From: a virus
Taxonomy: Duplodnaviria; Heunggongvirae; Uroviricota; Caudoviricetes
IMG/VR virus record: IMGVR_UViG_2814123389_000006
Span: 64,001-82,128 of that record
Reading direction: 5' to 3' (one strand)
Length of the DNA stretch: 18,128 nucleotides
A program made the position numbers and the translations under genes. This document shows, in pieces, positions 1 to 9,529 of the stretch (the first letter of the stretch is position 1; every line of letters begins with the position of its first letter). Under the pieces are notes generated by a model, which had not been told where the DNA came from, did not search any database, and saw nothing but the letters and a program-made list of their open reading frames with translations.

Positions 1-1
1 G

Positions 2-646
2 GCCAAAGCGGAGAAACGGGAGAAGGCCGAGAAAAAGCTAGCCAAGGCCGAACGGGAGCACCAGGACGCTATCGACGACCTGGCGGCCAAGCAGGAGGAA
101 ATCAACGCATCCGGCGCTTATGACACAAAGGGGTCGGGACCCGACGGCAAGAACTTCGGGCAGCAGATGTTGACCGGCGCACTCGAGGCGCTCGGTTTCG
201 ACGGCGAGATCTTCTCCGACCCGACCCAGTGGGGAATCTTCAAGACCGGTACCGGGATCGCGAACTATCTCGGCGGCATCGCGAAGAACTGGAACTGGAG
301 CGCGCTCCCCGGACAGAACCCGAACCGCCGGCAGCACGGTCTCGGCGGCAGCCCGGGCCCGGGGAACTACGGCGACGGCGGCCTCAGCATGAACTTCGCC
401 GATCCAGGTTCCCCGATCGGCGACACCATCTCGTCGCTGCTCCCGCAGGTCGGCGATTTCCTGCCGAACAGCCAGACCGGCGGGATGCCCGGGAACGGCA
501 GCAACTACACGACCCACGAGTCGGGATCGCACAACACGTCCACCACGGGAGCGGTGTTCAACGGGCCGATCACGGTCAACCAGCAGCCCGGCCAGCCTCA
601 GCGCGGCAACACCTACTCCCTGACGGTTCCTGGGGCCGGTAGGTGA
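2..646 (+). CDS. Tape measure protein, C-terminal part (5' truncated by the window)
   Basis: Frame is open from base 2 (AKAEKREKAEKKLAKAEREHQDAIDDLAAKQEEIN...) through the 167..646 ORF. Helical charged stretch, then a Gly/Asn-rich end with GAVFNGPITVN. Sits directly before the minor tail genes. Confidence 0.75.
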   Translation, partial: AKAEKREKAEKKLAKAEREHQDAIDDLAAKQEEINASGAYDTKGSGPDGKNFGQQMLTGALEALGFDGEIFSDPTQWGIFKTGTGIANYLGGIAKNWNWSALPGQNPNRRQHGLGGSPGPGNYGDGGLSMNFADPGSPIGDTISSLLPQVGDFLPNSQTGGMPGNGSNYTTHESGSHNTSTTGAVFNGPITVNQQPGQPQRGNTYSLTVPGAGR

Positions 647-680
647 TCGCCGTGCTGGTGAGTGAGCGGAGGTCACCAGC

Positions 681-1763
681 GTGAGGTTCATCCGCGAGGC
701 GGAGAAGGCTGCCTACGACCAGTGGGACAAGCTGTCGAAGGCGTTGCAGGGCATGGAGACACGCGTCCTGTACCTCACCCCCGACGGCGGGCGTTATGAC
801 CTGTACGGCGGGCCCAATGAGGGACGCCAGGGGGTGTGGCTCGCAGAGGAGTTCGGCGGCGAGCACCACTGGCCGTTCGAGCTACTCAAGTCTGAGGGCG
901 CCTACGAGATGGGCACCACCATCGAACGCGTCAACATCCTTGAGCGCACCATCAGCCTCAACGTGATCGTCGGCGGTCACAAGCGCGGCCCGATGAACAA
1001 GTTCCAGTATCGGATGGCCGAAAGCCGTTGGTGGGATGGCCAGGACGAGAACCGCGACGGCTGGCTCGGCATCTACACCCGCTATTCCGGGTGGCGCTGG
1101 GTACGCGTCCGGCCGGCGAAAACGGTGGAGGGCGACCAGAAGCGCGACCCGGTCGCGATGGACAACAACACCGCCACCTGGCCTGTCCAGTGGATCGCCC
1201 AGAAGCCCTACTACGCAAAGCCTTCGGTGTTCGAGACCTGGAAGAACAACTCGGAGATCCACGGCGCTCTCGGCGACATTCTGGGGTTCGTCGAGACCGT
1301 CGGCATCCAGCTCGGCGTGTCGGCGAAGAAGCTCTACACCGTTGGCGAGGGCGTCATCACGCTGCCCAACCGCGGCGACCTCGAGAGCTTTCCCCAGTTC
1401 ATCGTCTCGGCCCCCGGCAAGGCGTGGGTGGAGGACGGCAACAGCGGGCGCATGGTTGAGCTGCCGTACCTCACGGCGGCCGACGGCTACACCCTCGTCG
1501 ATACCGATCCGACGCAGCGAACCCTCACGGCGTCAAACGATCCCGTCGACAACATCTTCTACAAGATCGCCAGGCAGTCGAAGATCCTCGACTTCCTGCT
1601 GTGGGAACTGGACGAGACCGGACTGCCGGTCTGGAAGCGATTCGACAAGCGGTTCATGGCCTCGGTGCCGCCGCGCACGATGGCGCAGATTCGGGTCCGG
1701 CACTCCAACCCAAACGGCTCCATCACGGCCATCATGCCGCAGCGATACAAGAGGAGCCGCTAG
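681..1763 (+). CDS. Minor tail protein, distal-tail (Dit)-like position, 360 aa
   Basis: GTG start with GGAGG about 8 nt upstream. First gene after tape measure. GRQGVWL, W/Y-rich motifs and the YxxxR terminus resemble mycobacteriophage minor tail proteins. Confidence 0.8.
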   Translation: MRFIREAEKAAYDQWDKLSKALQGMETRVLYLTPDGGRYDLYGGPNEGRQGVWLAEEFGGEHHWPFELLKSEGAYEMGTTIERVNILERTISLNVIVGGHKRGPMNKFQYRMAESRWWDGQDENRDGWLGIYTRYSGWRWVRVRPAKTVEGDQKRDPVAMDNNTATWPVQWIAQKPYYAKPSVFETWKNNSEIHGALGDILGFVETVGIQLGVSAKKLYTVGEGVITLPNRGDLESFPQFIVSAPGKAWVEDGNSGRMVELPYLTAADGYTLVDTDPTQRTLTASNDPVDNIFYKIARQSKILDFLLWELDETGLPVWKRFDKRFMASVPPRTMAQIRVRHSNPNGSITAIMPQRYKRSR

Positions 1764-1766
1764 CCG

Positions 1767-3602
1767 GTGAGCGACGTACTGGACTGGGTCGAGGACAGCA
1801 CAACCGGCCTAGTCCGGCCGCCGCTTGAGTTCACCCAGTGGCTCAACGGCGCGTTCCGTGACCGGCTGATCGGTGAAAAGGGAAAGCCCGACCCCGTAAC
1901 GGATCCCATGTCGGCGTACAGGTATCTGCGGGGCCGGCGGGACGTCATCGAGGCCGCTGCCAACCAGCGGCCGATGCTGCGCCTGTTCGACAAGAACATG
2001 GAGCCGGTCGCTCAGATCGCTGGCGAGCGGCTGGCTTCGGTGGAGGAGATGGCCACCGACTCCGGCCAGGCCAATGTGGTTCTGCGCTACGAGAACTGGC
2101 TGACCGACTTCATCCTCCATCAGACGAAGGTCCATGAGGACCTGCACCTGGTGGTCGACCCGAACCCGTCGGCGCCGACGTGGCGTACCCGCTGGGGCGG
2201 CAAGGTCACGGGCATCATCGCTAAGCGCGATTCGAGTGGAATTCACACCCTCGAATTAGAAGCGATTTCGAATAGGCAGCACGCGAAGAATTTGCTTTTC
2301 GCTGCAAATCCGATCTTCCCGCCGGAAATTCAGCTACCCAAAATGTGGGTGCTGCCGGGCAATACGCGAACCATCCTCGCGATGTCGATGTTTATTAACC
2401 TCGCCCGCCTATTTTTCCCAGCTCTGTCCATTCCGACCAACATTATGAATCCGGCCGGATGGATAAATGGCGGATTGACTGGGTTCGACCCATTGTCGTG
2501 GCCCCTGCAAGTCCAGTTTGTGAACCCCATTCTGGACCAGTCGCGGCTGTCGGTGATCGGTGCCGCCTGGACCGACTGGCACTCGGCGATGGACGACATG
2601 CTCAAGGACGCCGGCTGCACGTTCCGCGCTTACACATGGCTGACCGAGGACGAGGAGTCTCCGCACACGGAACTGGTGGACCTCGTGCGCGGGACGGTCG
2701 CCGAGGACGTCGTCAACGATGTGACACGGCCGCACCGGAATTGCGTTGTCTTCGCAGTCGAGGACAAGTCCGGCGTGACGGGCCCGACGGGCACTGCCGC
2801 CGACGGGGTGGTCAACCTCATCGGCGCCACGTTGGACGACATGATCACCGAGACGCTGTTCCCGCTCGATAGGGACGGCGACGGCGAGACAGACCCAATC
2901 TTCCGGGAGCTCTTGGGGGTTGCGCCCGAGAAGCCCAAGACCATCTGGTACGACGGCCAGTTCACCGGGATCATCGAGTCCGAGATTCGCCATCACAAGG
3001 GCGCGGTCAAAACGGTCATGACTGGGTCGCGCAGCCCGGCGATTGTCAACCAGGCCCAGACATTCGCGATCCGCTATGCGCTGTCTCAATTGGCTCAGAC
3101 CATTGCGTTTTACGGGCAGATCGAAGGCACCGAAGGCCTCGACAACCTGTACCAGGGCCAGCTCGACAACACCCTGCTGGCCTGGATGCGGTTCACAGAT
3201 CCGGTGCGTGCCTTGTGGTCTGGCGACTTCGCGTGGCAGGAGCACTTTGAGCGTGGGTCAGGAACGGCTTACACGCTCTCTGGCGTAGTGACTTTGAGGC
3301 TCGGCAACTACAAGACCCGCACCTGGCAGGGCTTCACCGTCAAGGTGATCAACGGCCGACCGCACGCTATCGACATCGACGTGGGCCTCGGGGACCGCGC
3401 CGGGTTCGAGCAGGGCGGGATTATCTTCGTCGACCAGATCACGGCCATCAAGCGGACCTGGTCCCGCACAGAGCCTGTGACAGTTCACCTTTCAATCGGT
3501 GACGACAACGACAAGGGAGACCCGTTCGCCCGCGGTCTTCGAGCGCTGCAGGCCGTCTGGACGACCCTGTCCCACTTTCTCGGCGAAGGGACGATCTTCT
3601 GA
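1767..3602 (+). CDS. Minor tail protein (baseplate hub/Tal position), 611 aa
   Basis: GAGGAG RBS at 1751-1756. Motifs RPMLRLFDKNM, RWGGKV, NPIFPPEIQLPK and LGDRAGF are typical of the large conserved mycobacteriophage minor tail protein. TGATG overlap with the next gene. Confidence 0.85.
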   Translation: MSDVLDWVEDSTTGLVRPPLEFTQWLNGAFRDRLIGEKGKPDPVTDPMSAYRYLRGRRDVIEAAANQRPMLRLFDKNMEPVAQIAGERLASVEEMATDSGQANVVLRYENWLTDFILHQTKVHEDLHLVVDPNPSAPTWRTRWGGKVTGIIAKRDSSGIHTLELEAISNRQHAKNLLFAANPIFPPEIQLPKMWVLPGNTRTILAMSMFINLARLFFPALSIPTNIMNPAGWINGGLTGFDPLSWPLQVQFVNPILDQSRLSVIGAAWTDWHSAMDDMLKDAGCTFRAYTWLTEDEESPHTELVDLVRGTVAEDVVNDVTRPHRNCVVFAVEDKSGVTGPTGTAADGVVNLIGATLDDMITETLFPLDRDGDGETDPIFRELLGVAPEKPKTIWYDGQFTGIIESEIRHHKGAVKTVMTGSRSPAIVNQAQTFAIRYALSQLAQTIAFYGQIEGTEGLDNLYQGQLDNTLLAWMRFTDPVRALWSGDFAWQEHFERGSGTAYTLSGVVTLRLGNYKTRTWQGFTVKVINGRPHAIDIDVGLGDRAGFEQGGIIFVDQITAIKRTWSRTEPVTVHLSIGDDNDKGDPFARGLRALQAVWTTLSHFLGEGTIF

Positions 3603-4171
3603 TGTCCGCAGTTGGGCTGTGCGACCGCGATATTGCGGTGTGTGACGCGATCGACGAGGCGGAGGACGCCGACCTGCGGGACATGCTGCGCGAGCAGTTG
3701 AAGTCCGACTACGCGGTGGCATCCAACGCTGGCCTCGACGATGAGAAGGCACTGAAGGTGGCGCAGATGCGCGACATTCAGCGCGCCTACCTCGAGATGC
3801 TCGAGGTGATGGAGTACCCGGTTGACCAGAACGGCCGGGTGCACGACCTGAACGCGATGAGCGCGGCGACGCTCGGAATCGCTTGGACCGCTGTGCTGTA
3901 CGGGTTCCGCCGTTCAGCCGAACCGCTCATCAAGAAGCGACGCATTGTTGCAGCCGGTGTGTACGACAACGCCTGCACCTGGGTCGACGTCAGGGCGCCC
4001 GATCTTGCTGAACGTGACTTGCGGCCCGGCGACTACAGCAGCGATCGGCTACTGCCGCCCGATGTGCGCGGCATGGCCGCCGCCCGCGAAGGAGAAGGCC
4101 CAACCGTAACGGCCGAGTGGCACACCAAACCAAAGGTGCGCTACGTCGATGAACCACGACCGGAGGACTGA
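3602..4171 (+). CDS. Tail-region protein, probably DUF2744-like, 189 aa
   Basis: Coupled by TGATG at both ends. YPVDQNGRV...GFRR..EPLIKKR..GVY..A..WV pattern and position match the small gene that follows the large minor tail protein in mycobacteriophages (family from memory). Confidence 0.65.
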   Translation: MSAVGLCDRDIAVCDAIDEAEDADLRDMLREQLKSDYAVASNAGLDDEKALKVAQMRDIQRAYLEMLEVMEYPVDQNGRVHDLNAMSAATLGIAWTAVLYGFRRSAEPLIKKRRIVAAGVYDNACTWVDVRAPDLAERDLRPGDYSSDRLLPPDVRGMAAAREGEGPTVTAEWHTKPKVRYVDEPRPED

Positions 4172-5529
4172 TGAGCGCACCGATCGGCGAGATGGTCTAC
4201 CTGAAGTCGATACTGACCAACGTCCACATCTACGGGTCGGTCACCGACGGGGCGACGCCGGACCAGTTCTGCGCAACGCTGGAGATCGCGGGCGAAAACG
4301 CCACCATGAGCCTCGCCGCGCTCGTCGGGCCGCAGGGCCCGCAGGGGCAGCACGCGTTCGCGCTGCGCCTGCAGAAGTCGACGATCGACGATCCAGAGGA
4401 CCTGCCGCAGAACCTCACTGACGATCCAGAGGACCTCGGCAAGTACTGGATCATGAACCACTACGAGACCATCAACGAGGTTCAGGTGGTCACGCTCGAC
4501 GGCAGCGGCACGCCGTTCACGCTGACGTATAGCGGTCAGACCACCTCCGCGATCTCGACGACGGCCACAGCCTCCCAGGTGGCGGATGCGCTCGACGCGC
4601 TGCCCAACCTGGCGCACAGCCAGATCGCGCTCGACGGCCTGGCCGGCGGGCCGTACACGGTGACGTTCCAGGGCACCAAGGCTGGCATCAACCAGCCGGT
4701 GATGACGGCTACCCACGCGACCGTCGAGACCACCCAAGAGGGCGAGATCAACCTGGTCGGCGCCCGGGCCTACATCTGGATGGGCGACCACTACCGCATC
4801 CTCATGATGGGCTCAGAAGGCCCCGTCGGCCCCGTCCCGCGGATCGCCTGGGGTGTGCAACTGCTCGACCCGGACGGGGACGAGGAGACCAACGTCGTGC
4901 AGACCGGCACGGCCTACAACCCGTCGGTGCTTCTCAAGCTGAAGGTGCCCCGCGGCCCGCAGGGCGAGGCCGGGCTGATCCGAGACGCCTCCGACTACGA
5001 CGATTCCGAAGCGCCGCAGACCGGCCAGGTGTTGATGTGGAACGGCACCAAGTTCGCGCCGGCCTGGGTTGGCTCCATCATCCCCAAGCCGTTCATCGTG
5101 CCCGAGGCGGCGTTCAACAACTACGAGGGTCTGTCGACCCGGGCTCCGATCGGTACGTTCCCCGTTCCGGCACTGGACTTCCCGTGGAAGCCGTTTGTGT
5201 GGGGCAAGATCAAGGCCACCGGCCTGGAGCTCGACGAAGATCCGCTGATCATCGGTTGCGAGGTCCGGCTCGGCCACCCCACCACGGGGACCCTGGTGGC
5301 CCGCGGGTTCGGCAACTCGACCGGCTGGACCACCCTCACACCGCACACCTCCACGCCGTCGTCACCGTCGGTGGCCATGACGCCGGACAACGCCACAGGG
5401 TTGGTACCGGCCAACCACACCGGCAACGACGGCACGCTGTACATCAACCTCTACAACGACGGCCTGGCCGGCGTGTACCTGTTCAACAAGGCCAACGCCC
5501 AGCTCGCCGTGCTGGCGGTGCCGGTCTAA
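4171..5529 (+). CDS. Minor tail protein with short collagen-like G-X-Y stretches, 452 aa
   Basis: GGAGG RBS at 4162-4166. Contains GPQGPQGQ, GSEGPVGP and GPQGEAG triplets, plus C-terminal GCEVRLGHPTTG.LVARGFG and LYINLYNDG motifs seen in mycobacteriophage minor tail proteins. Confidence 0.8.
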   Translation: MSAPIGEMVYLKSILTNVHIYGSVTDGATPDQFCATLEIAGENATMSLAALVGPQGPQGQHAFALRLQKSTIDDPEDLPQNLTDDPEDLGKYWIMNHYETINEVQVVTLDGSGTPFTLTYSGQTTSAISTTATASQVADALDALPNLAHSQIALDGLAGGPYTVTFQGTKAGINQPVMTATHATVETTQEGEINLVGARAYIWMGDHYRILMMGSEGPVGPVPRIAWGVQLLDPDGDEETNVVQTGTAYNPSVLLKLKVPRGPQGEAGLIRDASDYDDSEAPQTGQVLMWNGTKFAPAWVGSIIPKPFIVPEAAFNNYEGLSTRAPIGTFPVPALDFPWKPFVWGKIKATGLELDEDPLIIGCEVRLGHPTTGTLVARGFGNSTGWTTLTPHTSTPSSPSVAMTPDNATGLVPANHTGNDGTLYINLYNDGLAGVYLFNKANAQLAVLAVPV

Positions 5530-8310
5530 ATGCCCCGCCAGGTAGATACCAACACCGCGCGGTTCGGCCTCAGTCACGACCCGACTTCGCAGCTCACCCC
5601 TGACGTCGGTCTGCAGAAGCAGGTCAACGCTCTCGCGGAGATTTTCAAGGGCCTCGACGAGAAGGTGCGGGCTGAGATCCTGCGAGTGATTGAGACGCTG
5701 CTCGGGATCGCCGCCAATCCTATTCCTGCACTGCAGGACTGGGTCGAAGGACTGCCGGCTCAGGCCGCGGCAGCCGTCCAAGCGCTGAAAGACCAGCTCA
5801 CCAAGATCGTCAATGCCACCGATACGGACATCGACAACTGGCTGCTCGGCCTGCTGACCGGAGAGTCACCGCTCGACGCGGCAAAGCTGTTTGGCCAGTT
5901 CCGCACTGCGCTGCTGGGGCCGTTGCCGATCGGGCTGTTCACCGACGAACAGCTGACCATGCTGTTCGAGGGCGGATTCGACGACCCGGTCACCATCATC
6001 GCGGGCCCAGGCATCGAGCACGACGCCACCGACGGCGCCCCGGGTACGGCGCCGCTGGGATGCGCCAAGGTGGCGTGCGACGGCACCGGCAAGCAGCGCG
6101 CTACGCCGGTGATGAAAGTCAGCCCGGGGTGGGTGCTCAAGTTGGGCGGCCGGATCAAGTACCAGGGCCTGACAGCCGGTGCGAATGCCATTCGGCTGAA
6201 CCTGATCCCGTATTCGAACGAGTCAACACCGATCGTCGGCGGCACGGTCATGGTGGCAACACCGGGCAACGTGTCGGGCACCTCGGGCGGCACCGGCGGA
6301 TGGGGCACAGGACCGTTCGAGGGGTCCTGGACCGTCCCGGCAACGGGCGTCACGCATGTCGCGGTCGAGTGGGAGGTCACCAACTCTGCGACGGCTGGTG
6401 TCGTCAAGTTCGACGAGCTGTATCTACAGGCGACTCAGAAGATTCCGCAGGCGTTCACCAAGGATCTGCCCGAGGACCTGCAGGCGCTGGTCAATGAGGC
6501 GCTGTCGTTGTGGCAGGGACTGGGTGAGCGGCTGCACGTCGACGAGTGGGACGACTGGCTCGCCGATACCTGGACGAATGCGCAGGCCGAAGCCAACCAG
6601 ATCCGCGACATTCTCGCCGGTCTCGTTGTGACGCCGATCAACTCGGCCGTCCAGGCAATCAAGGACTGGTGGGCTGGCGTGGTCGGCAAGACGCAGCACC
6701 TGACCAGTGGCGGCACGCTGCCGCCGACCGCGGTAGACAGCGCCGCCGGTGGGACCAGCCTCGGCCAGGATCTGCTCGACACGTGGAACAAGATCGTCGG
6801 CGGCTACCGCCGTACCGCGGCCACGGGGCAAACCAGCGCCGACGTCGAGGAAGTGATGATGTCGGTCGGCCAGGAGATCCTGGTTGCCCAGGAGTCGACC
6901 ATCACGCTCGCCAACCAGGCCAACGCGCCGAGAAACGTGCCGTTCTGGGTGTCGCCCAACCGGTTTGAAGAGGTCTCGTTCCCGCGCGCACTTCTGCAGC
7001 CGGTGCCCTCTATCGGCTCCGGTGGGAGCGGCACGACGGGCACCGGCTCGGGCCTCACCGTGCTCGATGCGAACTGGAACGCCGAGGAACGTGACGCGGT
7101 CCGCAATCACACCCACAGCACTCCGAGCCACAGCCACGCGCTGTCCTACGTCAAGCCGACGTTCACGATCCCAGACGGCACGTTGGCGCTGACCGCGATC
7201 ACGATGACCCAGGACCGGCTGATCAACGTGGCCCGGTTCCTCGCCGGCGGCGGCACCCCGCCGAGCACCGCGCTGTATGTCGGTCTCTACGCGATCGACC
7301 CGGTCACCGGCACCCAGACTCTGGTCTACGACTACGGCGATCAGAAAGGCAACATCAACACCGGCGCCGACCTCTACGAGACGGCACTGAATCTGCCCGC
7401 CGACATGCTGGCCGACGCCGGAGCAATGTTTGCCGTCGGGATCTTGCCGGTCGGCGGCTCGTTCGCAGTCGCCGGGGTACGTCGCCAGCCTATCGTCACT
7501 GCCGCGGTGATCTACCCGGTGGCAGCCACCGAGCTGGTCTCTGGGCAGAGCAGCCTGCCGGCCACTGTCGACAACAGCTCAATGAATCACAGTGCGACAC
7601 ACCGTATCTGGGTCAGCCTCGGCCAGGCCGTCGAGTCGATCCCCGAGGACACCAGCCCAGTCACGCTGACGATGACGTTCAACGTGGCCGACACGTCGGC
7701 CTGGTCCTCGCCCTCATTCCAGCAATACGGCAACGCCGACAGCAACTTCACCGTCAAGAGCGGAAGTATCTACGGGGGCGGGCCGACCGTCTTGTTTGGT
7801 GACGTGACGTACTGGCGATCGGGGTTGTGCCTCACTCCGGTGCACACCAACGACCACATGGCCGAGATCACGCTGGGCACCGGCTTTGACAACGATGCCT
7901 ACGGCTACGCCACCGATCGGGCCTACGTGCGCTGCAACTCCTCGGGCACCTCGGGAGTCTGCTTGCACGTAGACGCCACCGGCGGCGCGGTGCGGGTGCG
8001 CATCGCCACTATCACCAACCTCACCTCGATCGGCACCGTGCGCGTGACCGCGACCGGTATCCCGTACGCGGTGGGCGATCGGTTCAGCATCCGCGCGGTC
8101 GGCAACGTCTACACCGCATACCGCAACGACGCACCGATACTGGACGGCAACGGTGACCCCGTGGCATGGACCGACAGCGGCAACATTGTGCCGATCGGAA
8201 AGGCATGGCGGCGCACCGCCTTCGGATCGGGCTCGCGCGCCACCAACGGTTTCAATCACTACGAGCCCGCACACATCGACGCCTTCAAGGCAGCGGACCT
8301 GGCGGGCTGA
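5530..8310 (+). CDS. Large minor tail protein / putative receptor-binding fibre, 926 aa
   Basis: Starts right after the previous TAA. Helical N-terminus (LLTGESPLDAAKLFG), a jelly-roll carbohydrate-binding-like segment (GGFDD...VKFDELYL), HxH motifs, and beta-rich C-terminal domains. Confidence 0.75.
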   Translation: MPRQVDTNTARFGLSHDPTSQLTPDVGLQKQVNALAEIFKGLDEKVRAEILRVIETLLGIAANPIPALQDWVEGLPAQAAAAVQALKDQLTKIVNATDTDIDNWLLGLLTGESPLDAAKLFGQFRTALLGPLPIGLFTDEQLTMLFEGGFDDPVTIIAGPGIEHDATDGAPGTAPLGCAKVACDGTGKQRATPVMKVSPGWVLKLGGRIKYQGLTAGANAIRLNLIPYSNESTPIVGGTVMVATPGNVSGTSGGTGGWGTGPFEGSWTVPATGVTHVAVEWEVTNSATAGVVKFDELYLQATQKIPQAFTKDLPEDLQALVNEALSLWQGLGERLHVDEWDDWLADTWTNAQAEANQIRDILAGLVVTPINSAVQAIKDWWAGVVGKTQHLTSGGTLPPTAVDSAAGGTSLGQDLLDTWNKIVGGYRRTAATGQTSADVEEVMMSVGQEILVAQESTITLANQANAPRNVPFWVSPNRFEEVSFPRALLQPVPSIGSGGSGTTGTGSGLTVLDANWNAEERDAVRNHTHSTPSHSHALSYVKPTFTIPDGTLALTAITMTQDRLINVARFLAGGGTPPSTALYVGLYAIDPVTGTQTLVYDYGDQKGNINTGADLYETALNLPADMLADAGAMFAVGILPVGGSFAVAGVRRQPIVTAAVIYPVAATELVSGQSSLPATVDNSSMNHSATHRIWVSLGQAVESIPEDTSPVTLTMTFNVADTSAWSSPSFQQYGNADSNFTVKSGSIYGGGPTVLFGDVTYWRSGLCLTPVHTNDHMAEITLGTGFDNDAYGYATDRAYVRCNSSGTSGVCLHVDATGGAVRVRIATITNLTSIGTVRVTATGIPYAVGDRFSIRAVGNVYTAYRNDAPILDGNGDPVAWTDSGNIVPIGKAWRRTAFGSGSRATNGFNHYEPAHIDAFKAADLAG

Positions 8311-8315
8311 TCAGC

Positions 8316-9509
8316 GTGGCTTACTGGGCGCCAACGCCGATCAGCCCGGAGCGCGTACACCGGGCTGAGTGGTTCCCCTCCCCGCCGGCGGGACCACCAC
8401 GCGTGCACCGGACTGAGTGGTGGCCGCGTCACATCGGTGACCTTCTCGCGGCCATGCAACCAGCAACCGCGGCACTCATCGGCGGCCAGCAGCAGGACGG
8501 ACATCTCGCGGTGGCGCTGCGGAACATTCTGTTCTCCGGCGTTGGTGAGCAACGCTATGACGGCCAGCTCGCCGCGATGCTGGAGTCGGCGACCATGCTC
8601 GGCACCAACATCGTCATGGGCGATCTCGCCGCCGGCCTGCAGCCCGCGCAGGGTGTCCTCATTGGTGAGCACTCGATGGTCGGCTCGATGGGCGTCACGA
8701 TACGTCCGGCGACTGCCACGTTCGCAGGGAGCCAGACCTACAACGGGGCCTTAGCGGCCGAAATCCGCGCGGCCGTCGCAGCACTCACGGGCAGCCAGGT
8801 ACACGCCGGCACGATCGGTGCGGCGCTCAAGGCAGCCCTGTTCAACGGCGCAGGTGGACAGTCCCAGTCCGGTGTGATCGCAGCAGTGCTACGCCAAGCG
8901 CTGTTTTCCGGTGTGGGTGTGCACGGCCAGTCTGGAACCTTGGCCGCTGCAATCAGCAGAGCCGTCGCGGCGATGTCCGGCACCCACGTGCTCGCACCCA
9001 TCCTCACGCCCTACAGCACCAGCACGACCGTCAACGTCACCGCATTCCGGAGCGCGGGCTACACCCACCTCGTACTCACGGGTATCGGTGGCGGAGAAGC
9101 GGGAACAAACGGGAGCTTCATCACGGGTACTGGCGGCAAGGCGGGCTCATGGAACTCGACGCTCATCGCCCTTGCCAGCTACCCAGCGCTCACCACTCTC
9201 ACGATCACTGTCGGGAACGCCGGCGCCTCCAACGGCGCCGACGGTGCTTCCACAACCATCAGCGGTGACGGCGGAATGCCCACTCTCAACTGTGCAGGTG
9301 GCTCAGGCGGCACCGGAGCCTGGAACGGCGCCGACGCAGGCAACTTCAGCTCAGACGGCGATCCATTCACCGGTGGCAGCGGCGGGTCTGGATTCAGCGG
9401 AAGCCCCGGCGGTGAACCTGGCGGAGGCGGTGCCGGTGGCCCGGTGTTCTCGGCGGGCGCGGCAGGCGGAAAGGGTCGCGCCTGGGTCAAAGCCAAACAA
9501 GTCATCTAG
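8316..9509 (+). CDS. Gly/Ala-rich minor tail protein with 21-aa repeats, about 397 aa
   Basis: In-frame GTG 5 nt after the previous stop; the 8166 start would overlap the previous gene by 145 nt. Gly-rich C-terminal domain (GIGGGEAG...GAGGPVFSAGAAGGKG.AWV) typical of actinophage tail genes. Confidence 0.7.
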   Translation: MAYWAPTPISPERVHRAEWFPSPPAGPPRVHRTEWWPRHIGDLLAAMQPATAALIGGQQQDGHLAVALRNILFSGVGEQRYDGQLAAMLESATMLGTNIVMGDLAAGLQPAQGVLIGEHSMVGSMGVTIRPATATFAGSQTYNGALAAEIRAAVAALTGSQVHAGTIGAALKAALFNGAGGQSQSGVIAAVLRQALFSGVGVHGQSGTLAAAISRAVAAMSGTHVLAPILTPYSTSTTVNVTAFRSAGYTHLVLTGIGGGEAGTNGSFITGTGGKAGSWNSTLIALASYPALTTLTITVGNAGASNGADGASTTISGDGGMPTLNCAGGSGGTGAWNGADAGNFSSDGDPFTGGSGGSGFSGSPGGEPGGGGAGGPVFSAGAAGGKGRAWVKAKQVI

Positions 9510-9529
9510 AGCAGGAGGTAACCCGCGAA

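Noticed and set aside
4387-4436. 17-bp direct repeat GACGATCCAGAGGACCT (4387-4403, 4420-4436)
   Set aside because: Two in-frame copies encoding DDPEDL; explained as a small intragenic duplication, not a CRISPR or regulatory array.
5530-9509. Diversity-generating retroelement target or invertible tail-fibre cassette
   Set aside because: No reverse transcriptase, template/variable repeat pair, invertase or long inverted repeats were seen in the window.
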